64,000 bases of DNA from Mobula birostris (lineage: Eukaryota), in the NCBI RefSeq assembly GCF_030028105.1, contig NC_092384.1, positions 12,736,316-12,800,315 on the forward strand. Direction: 5' to 3'. The translations under genes and the position numbers were made by a program. The notes beneath the pieces were generated by a model that saw only the letters and a list, made by a program, of their open reading frames with translations, ran no database searches and was not told the origin of the DNA. Of the stretch, positions 48,765 through 61,500 are shown one piece after another. How positions within the stretch are numbered: the first letter of the stretch is position 1; each line of letters opens with the position of its first letter.

Positions 48765-51700
48765 AAACATAGAACACCTACAGCACAATTCAGGCCCTTC
48801 GGCCCACAAAGTTGTGCCAAACATGTCCCTACCTTAGAAATTACAAAGCTTACCTATGGCCCTCTATTTTTCTAAGCTCCATGTACCTATTCAAAAGTCT
48901 CCTACAACATTCAATCGCATCCTCCTCCACCAAAGTTGCCGGCAGCCCATTCCACGCACTCACCATTCTCCAAGTAAAAAACTTACCCCTGACATCTCCG
49001 CTGTACCTACTCCCCAGCACCTTAAACCTGTGTCCTCTTGTGGCAACCATTTTAGCCCTGGGAAAAAAGCCTCTGACTATCCACATGCTCAATGCCTCCC
49101 ATCACCTTATACACCTCTATCAGGTCACCTCGCATCCTCCGTCGCTACAAGAAGAAAAGGCCGAGTTCACTCAACTTGTTCTCATAAGGCATGCTCCCCA
49201 ATCCAGGCAACATCCTTGCACATTTCCTCTGCACCTTATCTATGGCTTCCACATCCTTCCTGTAGTGAGGCGACCAGAACTGAGCACAGTACTCCAAGTG
49301 GGGTCTGACCAGGGTTCTAGAGAGCTGCAACATTACCTCTCAGCTTCTAAATTCAATTCCATGATTGATGAAGGCAATTACACCGTACGCCTTCTTAACC
49401 ACAGGGTTAACCTACGCAGCAGCTTTGAACGTCCTATGGACTCAGACTGCAAGGTCCCTCTGATCCTCAATACTGCCAAGAGTCTTACCATTAATACTAT
49501 ATTCTGCCATGATCTTTGACCTACCAAAATGAACCACTTCACACTCATCAGGATTGAACTCCATCTGCCACGTCGTGGCCCAGTTTTCCATCCTATCAAT
49601 GTTCCGCTGTAACCTCTGACAGCCCTCCACATTATCAACAACATCTCCAACCTTTGTGTCATCAGTAAACTTCCGAACCCATCCCTCCCCTTCCTCATCA
49701 AGGTCATTTATAAAAATCACGAAGAGTAAGGGTCCCAGAACAGATTGCTGAGGCACTAAATGCAGAATATGATCGATCTACAACCACTCTTTGCTTTCTG
49801 TGGGCAAGCCAGTTCTAGATACACAAAGCAATGTCCCCTTGGATCCCATGCCCCCTTACTTTCTCCATATACACTACATCTTCTGCTCTTCCTTCATCAA
49901 TGTGTTTAGTCACATCCTCAAAAAATTCAATCAGTCTCGTAAGGCTCAAGCTGCCCTTGACAAAGCCATGCTGACTATTTCTAATCATACTATTCCTCTC
50001 CAAATGTTCATAAATCCTGCCTCTCAGGATCTTCTCTATCAAATTACCAACGACTGAGGTACGACTCACTGGTCTATAATTTCTTGGGCTATCTCTACTT
50101 TCTTTCTTGAATAAAGGAACAACATCCACAACCCTTCAATCCTCCGGAACATCTCCTGTCCCCACAGATGATGCATAGATCATCGCTAGAGACTCAGCAA
50201 TCTCCTCCCTCGCCTCCCACAGTACCCCGGGGTCTATCCCATACGGTCTCGGCGACCTATCTAACTTGATGCTTTCCCAAAGCTCCAGCACATCCTCTTT
50301 CTTAATATCTACATGCTCAAGCTTTTCAGTCTGCTACAAGTCATCACTACAATTACCAAGATCCTTTTGCACAGTGAATACTGAAGTAAAGTATTCATTA
50401 AGTACCTCTGTTATTTCCTCCGGTTCCATAATACTTTCCCACTGTCACACTTGATAGGTCCTATTCTTTCATGTCTTATCCTCTTGCTCTTCAGGTACTT
50501 GTAGAATGCCTTGGGGTTTTCCTTAATCTGCCCACCAAGGCCTCCTCATGGCCCCTTCTGGCTCTCCTAATTTTCTTCATAAGCTCCTTCCTATTATCCT
50601 TATAATCTTCTAGATATCTAACATTACCTAGCTCTCTGAACCTTGTGTAAGCTTTTCTTTTCTTCTTGACTAGATTTTTTACAACCTTTGTACACCACGG
50701 TTCCTGTCCCCTACCAGAACTTCCCTGTCTCATTGGAACGTACCTATGCAGAACTCCACACAAATATCCCCTGAACATTTGCCACATTTCTTCCATACTT
50801 TTCCCTGAGAACATCTGTTTCCAATTTAAGCTTCCAATGTTGTGCCTGATATCCTCATAATTCCCCTTACTCCAGTTAAACGCTTTTCGAACTTATCTGT
50901 TCCTATATCTTTCCAATGCTATTGTAAAGGGGATAGAATTATGATCACTATCTCCAAAACCTGACCAGGTTCATTTCCCAATACCAAATCAAGTACAGCC
51001 TCTCCTCTTGAAAGCTTATCTGCATATTGTGTCAAGAAACCTTGCTGAACACACCTAATAAACTCCACCGCATCAATACTCCTTGCTCTTAGGGAGATGC
51101 CAATCGATATTTGGGAAATTAAAATCTCCCATCACGACAACTCTGTTATTATTACAACTTTCCAGGATATGTTTCCCTATCTGCTCCTTGATATCCCTCT
51201 TACTACTGGGCGGCCTATAAAAAACAACCAATAAAGTTATGACCCCTTCCTGTTCTTAACGTCCACACACAGAGACTCCGTAGACAATCCCTCCATGGCA
51301 TCTACCTTTTCTGCAGCTGTGACGCTATCTCTAATCAACAATGCCACGCCCCAACTTCTTTTGCCTCCCGCCCTGTCCTTTCTGATACATCTAAAACCCG
51401 GCCCTTGAAGCAACCATTCCTGTCCCTGAGCCATACAAGTCTCTGTTATGGCCATCGTATCATATCTCCAAGTACTGATCCACGCTCATCCGTTTTGTTC
51501 ACAATACTCCTTGCGTTAAAATAGACGCATCTCATGCCTTCTGTCTGAGCGTGTCCCTTCTCTATCAGCTGCCTATCCTCCCTCTCGCACTGTCTGCAAG
51601 CTTTCTGCATTTGTGGGCCAACCTCCTCTTCCCCAGTCTCTACAGTTCGGTTCCCACTCGCCAACAATTCTAGTTTAAACTCTCCCCGATAACTTTAGCA

Positions 51701-52140
51701 AACCTCCCCGCCAGGATATTGGTCCCCCTGGGATTCAAGTGCAACCCGTCCTTTTTGTACAAGTCACAACTGCCATAAAAGAGGTGCCAATGATCTAGAA
51801 ATCTGAATCCCTGCCCCCTGCTCCAATCCCTCAGCCACGCATTTATCCTCCACCTTATTTTATTCCTATTCTCAAAGTCGCGTGGCACAGGCAGTAATCC
51901 TGAGATTTTTACCTTTGCGGTCCTATTTCTCAACTTCCTTCCAAACTCCCTGCAGTCTGTTTGCAGGACCTCTTCCCTTTTCCTACCTATCTCATTGGTA
52001 CCAATATGTACCACGACCTCTGGCTGTTCTCCCTCCCACTGCAGGATATTTTGGACGCGATCTGAAACATCCCGGACGCTGGCACCTGGGAGGCAAATTA
52101 CCATCCGACCATACCATGCTTTTCCTTTATACTACCTCGA
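48765..52140 (-). mobile_element. CR1 LINE, ORF1 esterase to 3' tail, several internal deletions
   Basis: CLPGASVRDV..HIGTNEIG..DGLHLN (51670-52104); APE and RT fragments; tail at 48765. Confidence 0.88.
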
Positions 52141-52158
52141 TGTCTGTCTATTTTTTAC

Positions 52159-53364
52159 TGTCACGAAACCCGTGACGGGAATAAAGGACCAGCAGAGATG
52201 GAAAACACTTTGGAGTCCAGTATTGCTATAAACTAATAACATTTATTAGTAACTACGCAATACAGTAATATAAATGTAGATAAATCAAACAGGTTTGCAA
52301 TGATTACATAAAAGTAAGTGTAGAACATATATGTATGAAAAACCAAGCTTCTTTAAGTCTAGGGGTAAAAAGATACCGTCTTACGATGATGAGCAAAGTT
52401 CAGTTTAGTTCGTGGTATTGAGTTGAGTAGTGATGGAGGGGGGGAGAGAGGGGGGGGAGGGGGGGAGAGAGGGGGGGAGAGGGGGGGGAGAGGGGGGGGA
52501 GAGGGGGGGGAGAGGGGGGGGAGAGAGGGTGAGAGGGGGGGAGAGGGAGATTTGAGTCTTCAGGTGAACTGACGCCGTCGATCTGCTCGTTGTCCTTCGG
52601 AATCCTTTAAAAGTCACCGACTGTGACTTCAACAAAGGGCACCGGTTTTCTGTAGTGGAGCTATCACTCAGGCGAGGGTGGACACATGGACAACTCCCCA
52701 CCAGTCAACCCTTTTCCTCCTTTCCACTGCAAGAGCGACGGATCGATCTGCCTGATCGATCCTCCAAAACCCACTTTTCCTGAGGGCGCAACGATGCTCA
52801 TTCAGTGTCCAGAACATGTGTCTGAGGTCTATCATTTGACCTCCTATTTTATCTTCCGGTGCTGAGCATCAACTGTCATTCAAATAATCCCTCTTTCCTC
52901 TCTCTGTGAAGAAATGCACAAGCAGGCAAAAGTCCTTGAAGAAGTATCAACAAACTGCTGAAAATCATGACATCAATTGTCCATTTAATAACGCCCTCGG
53001 TCACCATAGCAACTTACGAGCTGCTCGGTGCTATCTCCACTTCAGCAGAAATCCAACAGTTAACTAGTTCTTTCTCGTTCTAAAGTATCATTTGCAATGT
53101 ACTTCAAGTGGCACAGAGGACAGTTGTCCCTTCGTAGGCCACAGTGTTTATAGTCAATTCGGTTTCTTTGAGTATTTTTACAAAGGGCTCTTTTTGACCT
53201 CTTCACGTGTCCTGTCTGAGTGCACTAGTAATCGTTCCTTAAAGTGAGTCCAACAGTTAGCCTTCGTCCCTCTCTCTCTCTCTTTCAAAGTAAAATGTCG
53301 GTGGTAAATAACACTCTCTTTTTCAAAAGCACAGTTAATAGGGGTAATTCAGGACCCCGTCACG
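52159..53364. mobile_element. Solo LTR (second family), ~1.2 kb
   Basis: tgtcacg...cccgtcacg (terminal CA mutated to CG); 4-bp TSD ttac (52155-52158 / 53365-53368). Confidence 0.65.
52437..52550 (+). repeat. G-rich (GnAGAGA-type) array within the solo LTR
   Basis: More than 10 runs of 6-9 G separated by a/aga/agaga. Confidence 0.9.
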
Positions 53365-54057
53365 TTACTGTTAGTTGTAAAACTGGTAATTGGTTTATTA
53401 TTGTTAAATGCTACATTCTGAATTGCATTCTATATCATTGTACTTGGTAGAATGGGCAATGCTATGGAAAAACACTGATAGATCTACAGTCAGAATTTTG
53501 GATGTGAAGGTAATTATGGGATATGGGTTTAGTGCTGGAGATGTTCTTGAGGATGCATCAGAGTATTGTGTTCCATTTTAGTCATCCTACTATAGAAAAG
53601 ATTTCATAAATTTGGAAAGAGTCTGGAGTAGACTTAAAGGGATTCGAGGGCCTGAGTTGTGGAGAAAGTTGAGGTGTCTCTGGCTTGTTTCATTTGAAGC
53701 ATGTGAGAATGAGGGGTAATCTTATAAATGTGTATAAAACTAGGAGGGACAAAAATCAAGGTCAGTGCGCATAGTTGTTTAGTTTTTTTATTACTGGTAA
53801 TGGAGAATTGGGAATTAAGGTGAAAGGGGAAATATTTCATAGGGACCTGAAGGATAATCAGGGAGTGATCATTACATAGAATGAGCTGCCAGAGAAAGTA
53901 GCTGAGGAAGGTAATTTTGGAGACGTTCAGGGGAATATGGGCCAAACAAACAAAACTGGGGAAAGTCGGATTCTCGGTTGGCACCGACCAGTTGGGTTGA
54001 AGGCCCTGTTTCTACGACTCTATGATTCTGTTTCAGTAATTAATACACATTTGTTTC

Positions 54058-54211
54058 TAAAGTACCATTTACAATGTACTTCGAGTGGCACAGAGGACGG
54101 TTGTCCCTTCATAGGCCACAGTGTTTACAGTCAATTCGGTTTCTTTGAGTATTTTTACAAAGGGCTCTTTTTGACCTCTTCACGTGTCCTGTCTGAGTGC
54201 ACTAGTAATCT
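54058..54211. repeat. ~150-bp direct copy of 53081-53233
   Basis: Near-identical ..gtggcacagaggac..gtctgagtgcactagtaatc segments. Confidence 0.85.
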
Positions 54212-54599
54212 ATTTCAGAGGCTAGGTAATGTCAATCTTAAATTGGTGGAAGGACTGGAGTCACATATATGCAAGACTAGGTCAAACAGATTATCCTCGT
54301 AAAGGGAATTACAGAGACAATTATATTTTAAAGTGTTGGAGTTGCAAGATAGTGTAGGCATTGGAATTCGGAGCAAAACCACATAAGCAGACGAAAAAAC
54401 TCAACAGATCATGTAGCACCTGTAGGAGGGGAGGAATAAATAACGCTTCATGTGAAGATCTGCATCAGGACTGAGAATTCAGAGGGGTGATGGCTGCTAT
54501 AGGAGTGAGGAGGGGTGAGGCAGGAGCCAGCAGGTGATAGGATGGTTAGGTTGAACCAGGGTTGGTATAACTAGAGTGAAATAATAACAGATGCTAGGA

Positions 54600-55538
54600 G
54601 ATGAGAAATAAATACAAAGAGTATTGGAGGGTAGGAGGATGAGACGTGACCTGAAACAGATATAGAAAAGATAAGAAGCATAGATAGAATGGAAGGCCAG
54701 AGACTTTTTTTACAGGGTAAGCATGCCATAATTGTAAGGTGATGGGGGGAAAATTATAGAAGGCATGTCAAAGGGAGAATGTGCTCAAAAACCTGAAAGT
54801 ACAAAAGTCACCCGGACTAGAGCCAAAGTAAAAGCAAAAGAGAAGGCATACCAAGCAAATGCTTGGGAAGATAGAGGATTGGGAAGCTTTTAAAACTTGC
54901 AGAAGGAAACTAAGAAGGTCATTAGGAAGGTAAAGATGACTCATGAAAGGAAGCTGGTGACTAATATCAAAGATATTGCAAGTTTTTAAAGTATATGAAG
55001 CGTAAAAGAGAGTCGAGGGTAGATATAGGACAAATAGAAAATGACGCTGGATATATTGTAATAAGAGACGCAGAGGTGGCAGATGAACTGAATGCGTATT
55101 TTGTATCAGTCTTCACAGTGTAAGACATCTGTAGGTTATCGGACATTCAAGAGTGTCAGGGGTGTGAAGTATGTGCAGTGAAAATTACGACTGGGAAGGT
55201 GCTCAGGAAACTTAATGGTCTGAGGGTGGATAAATCTCCTGTACCCGGCGGTATGCACCGTCGGGTTCTGGAAGAAGTAGCTGTCGAGATTGCAGAGGCA
55301 TTAACAATGATCTTTCAATAATCGATAGATTTTGACATTGTACCCGATGACTGGAAAATTGCAAATGTTACTCCGCTATTTAAGAAGGGTGGGAGGCAGC
55401 AGAAAGGAAACTATAGACCTTTTAGTCTGACATCAGTGGTTGGGAAGTTGTTGGCATCGATTGTTAGGGATAAGATTGAGGAGTACCTGCAGCCACATGA
55501 CTAGATAGGCCAAAGCCAGCATGGTTTCCTGAAAGGAA
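54600..55538 (+). mobile_element. Degenerate CR1 ORF2 fragments
   Basis: DKSPVPGGMHRRVLEEVA..NYRPFSLTSVVGK..SQHGFLKG; related to the 22790 copy. Confidence 0.7.
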
Positions 55539-55540
55539 TA

Positions 55541-58500
55541 CTACGCTGCCCCCCTCCCCCCACCAAAATTAGTCATGTTTTCATGACGTTGAGATAATTT
55601 GTCACCCCTTCATACAAAGAACGAAGTCCAACCCAGGTGTAAATGGTAGTGACATGGTTCACGAAGGGGATAGTGCCATACTCTTCTCCTCGGGTGCGAC
55701 ATAGCCCAGTCTGTCCGGGGGTCTCCTGAGTCTTTGAGACCTCCGTACTCCATCTAATTTTTCAGTTTCAGACGCTCCCTGGGCTCTTTCCTGTCTACCT
55801 GGGGAGGCTCCTGCCTGTCCATTACTTGTGCCTCCCGACAACTTAGGGCCTTTTGTGACTTGGCTGAGCTCACCCTCATGTCCAGTTACTTTAGAGTCCA
55901 GCCTCCCTTTATTTTCTAACCGCAAACATGCCTGCCCACTGCTCATTCCCCCCATTTCACCCGCCTCAGCGTGAGTTTGTGAATCACTTCATCAATTGGG
56001 GAGTTTGCGAAGGGCAGCGTATACCACACCACATTTCCTCGTCCTACGAGTCCGTATCATATTCCGTGATCTGTTCCAGTGTTATCCTTTGCGCTGCTGA
56101 TCCTTCGGTTTCAGCACTTCGCCCTAGAGTCCTCTTATTAGGTGTAGGGTCCAGGTCAGGCTCGGATCAACATGTACTCTTGTCCCAGAGGTAGAAGTTA
56201 GTTCTGATGGAGAATCTAGACAGGCTCATTCCCAACCTTTGGGTTCACCCGTAAAAAAAGGTAGGATTGGCAATTGGCTCTCCACTACATAGGGATAGCT
56301 GCCCAGCGGTCAGCCAACTTGTGCTTCCCAGGTAGCCTCAAAGTCTTTATGAGGACTTGTTCTCCAGGCATTAGTTGGGGAACCTAACCTTTTGATTGTA
56401 CTTCTGCTTATTTCCTGAATTCAGCTTGGTAGCCGAGACGTCAGAGAGTTCATAAGCCCTTTTCAGCTCCCTTCTCATTTCAAACACATACGTCAGATAG
56501 GTTTTCTGTTATAGTTCTTCCCGAGCAGCCCCAAAACAGTGGTCAACGGTCAAACTCGCTTCGCGCCCTACGGCGAGTACCCGGTAGCTTCATTCTGTGT
56601 ACAACGGTAGCAGTGGACGAGATGTCCAACATGTTGACTCTACTTGTTCTTTTTACTGATCTTCACGGTTCCGAGCATGTCTAGCAATAGTCGGCTGAAC
56701 CTCTCAGGCTGGAGATCACTCTGTGGGTGATAAGGCGCAGTCCTGGACTTCTCGATTCCAAGCATGCTCCTACTCATGTATGAGTCTACTCTCGAAATCC
56801 CTTCCCTGATAGTTAAGTATCCGCCTGGGGAGGCCATAATAAACGAGATACTTCTCCCATAACACTTTGGCCACGGTGTGTACTTCTGGTGTAGTAATCC
56901 GTAATAGCCAAGACATTCGCCATGTTGCTGGTATCAGGCTCTTTCGATACAAAATCCATAAACACCACATCAAGTGGCCTTGCACTCTGCAAGTGGGATA
57001 ACAGAACAGCCCTCATAGGCAACGTCCTTCCCCATATACATCGAATGCACGACTACCGGTATTCTTCGATCTCCGGCTTCATTCGGGGCCAGTGGAACTG
57101 ATCTCTAAGCAATCCATCGGTCTGTCAGCCCCCACATGACCGGAACCATCATTAAGCCATCATGTGACTTTAACACAATCCTCCGCTATTTCTCAGGCAG
57201 AATCTGCTGGTAACTCAGAGGCCGGTCTGGAGGCGACGAGACCCGGTATAGAATCTGGTTCCTCAACTCCAATCTGGACTATTCTCTTAGTAGTAGACAG
57301 ACCGCGGAGAGTTTCATCGTGTCAGCTTGGGTCATGTCCCATTTCGCAACTGCTGACTAAACAGTACCAACGGACATGTCATTTCGTTAGGCGGCAGCCA
57401 CTTCCCAACTGCTTTGTCATCAGAGCACTCAGGTTGCAGTAAGCTTGTGGAATGACACCATCAGAAGCTCCCAAATTATCTACCGCTCGATTCTGGCTTT
57501 GAACTTCCTCTGCCTTGCCCGTGATGGAAAACTGGCACAAAGCTTTGACTCCAGGGGCAGGAACGCTCTCCCACTCTCCGGCCCTGTCCAACCCTTCATG
57601 CGCACGTCCGGACAACACATCAGCATCAATGTTCCGACTTCCCGGTAATCACTTCGGGTTGAAATCATAGCCAGATAACGCCGCCAACAATCGATGGCCT
57701 GTGGCATCCAGTTTCGCCGAGGTCAGGCTATAGGTTAGTGGGCTGTTGTTCGTCCTCACCTCGAACTTGGCAGTTAGTGTTGCAAGGACGAGGCTGAGGA
57801 CGACCCAAGTGCAAGACACAGGCGCGGAGGCAGTCGTGAGGCGTTAGCACCGCCGCGAGTGGGGATCCGGTATCCAGGAGCGTCTTTACACGGAGACAAG
57901 ATTTACGTAGAGTATCCAGGAAATGATGCGGAGCTTAGAACTGACAGTCCCAAGGAGTCAGGAATCGAGGTTTACTCACATTAGAATGAACTGGCAAAGC
58001 ACGACTGTGCCGCCCGAGTTTTATCGTATGTTCGAGAGTGTGTTGTAATTAGTAGAACTGGGAATGATTGGAAATCAGACGAGGGGATTAAGGCCCAATT
58101 AAAGAGGTAATAGCAAGATGGAGAATTGCCAGACGGGACCATGACAGTCCACCACCCAACCCCCCCCACCCCACCCCCAACGGAATCCTCCAGGCGAATG
58201 TCCAGGTTTGTCCGGATGGTCCCGATGGAAGTCTTGGATGAGGGAGGGGTCAAGAATGAAGGAGCGGGGAACCTAGGAACGCTCCTCTGGGCCGTACCCT
58301 TCCCAGTCGACCAGGTGTTGGAGGCCCCTGCCCCGACGGCGCACATCTAGTAGCCGCAGGACGGTGTATGCCGGATGGTTGTCGATGATCCGGGCGGGTG
58401 GAGGGGTTTCGGTCGGAGAACACAAGGGGCCGAAGGAAAGTGGTTTTAATTGGGAAACATGAAAAGTAGGGTGGATGCGCATAGATCTTGGTAGTTTAAG

Positions 58501-61500
58501 TCGGACTGCTGTGGAGTTGATGATACTTTCGACTCGGAAAGGTCCCAGGAAGCGAGGGGCGAGTTTCTTCGGCTCCTTTTTGAGAGAGATGTCTTCAGAT
58601 GAAAGCCACACCATCTGCCCAGGTCGATACACATGCGCAGGAGTCCGGTGTCAATCGGCAATCCTCCTATTGCGGTCGGCTGATCTGAGCAGGGCCGTGC
58701 GTGTGTCTTCCCAAACCTTGCGGCACCAATCGATACGAGCCTGAACAGACAGCACTGCAATCTCCTCTTCTTGCGCGGGGAACAGCGGTGTTGGTACCCA
58801 AGGGAGCGCTCGAAGGGAGACCTTCCGATGGCGGTACTAACCAGAGAGTTTTGGGCGTACTCAACCCACTCTAGGTTGTCAATACAGGTAGACGGATTGT
58901 TGGTTGTAATACTACGTAGCGTCGCCTGCAAGTCTTGGTTGACCCGTTCCATTTGCCCATTCGTCTGTGGGTGGAAGCCGGATGACAGGCTGACCGATGC
59001 ACCTAAGGCTTGACAGAAGGCCTTCCACACCTGCGAGATGAATTGGGGACCTCGATCGGCGACGATGTCAGCGGGGATTCCGTGGAGGCGGAAAACGTGG
59101 CGGACGAAAAGGTCTGCGGCCGCAATAGTAACAATCCCCAGCTCTCCGCCTCCTCGGCAGGGGAGAGACGGTTCCGTCCCAGCTGCAACGGTTCCTCCCC
59201 CAGGATAGTAGGGACGGTCCGAACAGGAGCTATATTTGGAGCGGCTGGGGAAGGAAGATTGGCTGAAGATGGTAAAGTGGGACGTGGGTTGACCCGAGGA
59301 GCCCACGGGTCTTTTCTCTCAGACGCTCTTGAAGGCGATTATCGAGCCTGGTAGCTAGAGAGATAAGAGAGTCCAGGCTATCCGCATCATCCCTTGCTGC
59401 TAGTTCATCTTTTATCGTATCTGAGAGGCCCTGTCGGAACCCTTCCCGCAGTACCTAGTCATTCCACTCAGGGTCGGCCGCTAATGTTCGGAACTCGATG
59501 GGGTATTTTGCTACTTTTCGCGAACCCTGACAGAGTTAGCAAGCGCTTAGCGGCGTCATTGCCGGGAATGGGCTGTTCAAAGACCTTCCTCATTTCGGAG
59601 ATGAAGGAGACGAAGGAGGAACAGACGCCTGGTCGATTGTCCCAGATCGCGGTGGCCTATGCCAAGGCATCCCTCGTAACAGCCCCATGATGTATGCAAT
59701 CTTTGATATGTCCGAGATGTACCTACGTGGCTGTTGCTCAAAGACAAAAGAACCTTGTAATAAGGAGGCCCGGCACTTCCCTAGGTCCCCAGAATAGGGT
59801 TCCGGTTCGGGTACGTACGGTTCTCGAGGGGATTGTGTTGCCGATCAAGGGGCGTAGCCATCCCAGTCTGTGCGGTTTGGTCAGTCAGGGTTCTTGGAAG
59901 GGGTGGAGTAAGGGAAGCAGATACCGGGTCAATCTGCTTACTGATCTTCCTCACATTCTTGGACGGCGCACAAAGGTTTTCCATGACGTTTCTGAGCAGT
60001 TGGTCGTGGGCTTCTAGTGGGTAGCCCTGGCTGGAAAGGGCCTGTTGCACGGGGTCCGTGTCCGCTGGGTTCATTCTTGTCCAATTCGTTCTGTTGGAAG
60101 GACGAGGCTGAGGACAAACTCAAGTGCAGGACGCAGGCACGGAGGCAGTGTCGTGAGGCGTTAGCACCACCGCGAACGGGGTATCCAGGAGAGTCTTTAC
60201 ACCGAGATCCGGGAAATGATGCGGAGCTTAGAACTGACAGTCCCAAGGAATCGGGAAATGAGTTTTACTCACACTAGTCGACCAACAAACTGGCAAAGTA
60301 TGGCTGCGCCGCCCGAGTTTTATCCTATGTTCACTAATGGGAACCAGGTGTGCTTTAATTAGTGGAACTGGGGATGATTGGAAATCAGACGAGGGGATTA
60401 AGGTCCAATTAAGGAAGTAATAGCAAGATGGGGAATTGCCAGACGGGACCATGACTCCTAGCTTATTCACCACAGTCCATTTCAATGCCAAGAACTCCAA
60501 TTTGTGCAGAGGGTAGTTTCGATCAGAGGGTGACAGACTCCGGCTGACAAACGCGACAGATCTCAACCCTGTGCTCTGATCCTGATGCAGAACACCCCCT
60601 AAGCCCTCCCTGCTGGCATCTGTGTGCAACACATAAGGCGACCGGGGGTCTGCATAAGCCAGCAAAGGTGCTTTTGTCTGCAGCTCCTTCATCATCAGAA
60701 AGACCTCGTTACATTTCGCATCCCATTCTTCCCCAAGGTACGGTAATCGCACATAAACTGATTTAAAGGGTCACTCACTTTAGAGTAGTCCTTCACGAAC
60801 CACCGATCGTACCCACAGAACCTAAGGAACGAGCACAAGGCTCTCACAGTCTGGAGCCTTGGCCATGTGGTCACAGCCTCTATCTTAGATGGATTGTAGC
60901 TACTCCATCCTGTGAGGCTATGTGCCCAACGTAGTTGACAGATGTCTTGCAGATGGCACTTGCCCTGGGAAAGTTTTAACCCTTCAGCTTTCAGGCGGCG
61001 CAGCACCTGCAGTCGCCTTGCGTCATTTTCCTTCAAGGTGGACCCGAACACAATGAGATCATCCTGGTACACCAATACCTCAAGCAAGTTCATAACCCTC
61101 ACCGTTTTTTCCATGATACGCTGGGAAGTCGCCGGCGCTCCCGCTATGCAATGGGGCATCCTTTCAAACTGGAAGAATCCCAGTGGACGCATGAATTCCG
61201 TCTTCTCTTTATCAGCCTCACTGATGGGGATCTGATAATACCCACTCCTCAGGTCCAGCACACTGAACCACTTTGCACCACTCAGGCAGGCCAGCGGGTG
61301 CTCGATTCTCGGGACCGTATACTGGTCGGGGACTCTACAGCTGTTTAGAGTTCGATCGTTCACACACATCCGTACCTTTCATTAATTCTTCTTGGCCACT
61401 ATTATTGGGGATGCATAGGGGCTTCTAGACTCAGTGATGATCCCAGCTTCCTTCCACTTTCATACATGCTGCCGAACATCCTCCACCTCTGCAGGTGTCG

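Noticed and set aside
53140-54125. CACAGTG heptamers as possible RSS
   Set aside because: Inside LTR sequence, no nonamer at 12/23 spacing, no adjacent V/D/J segment
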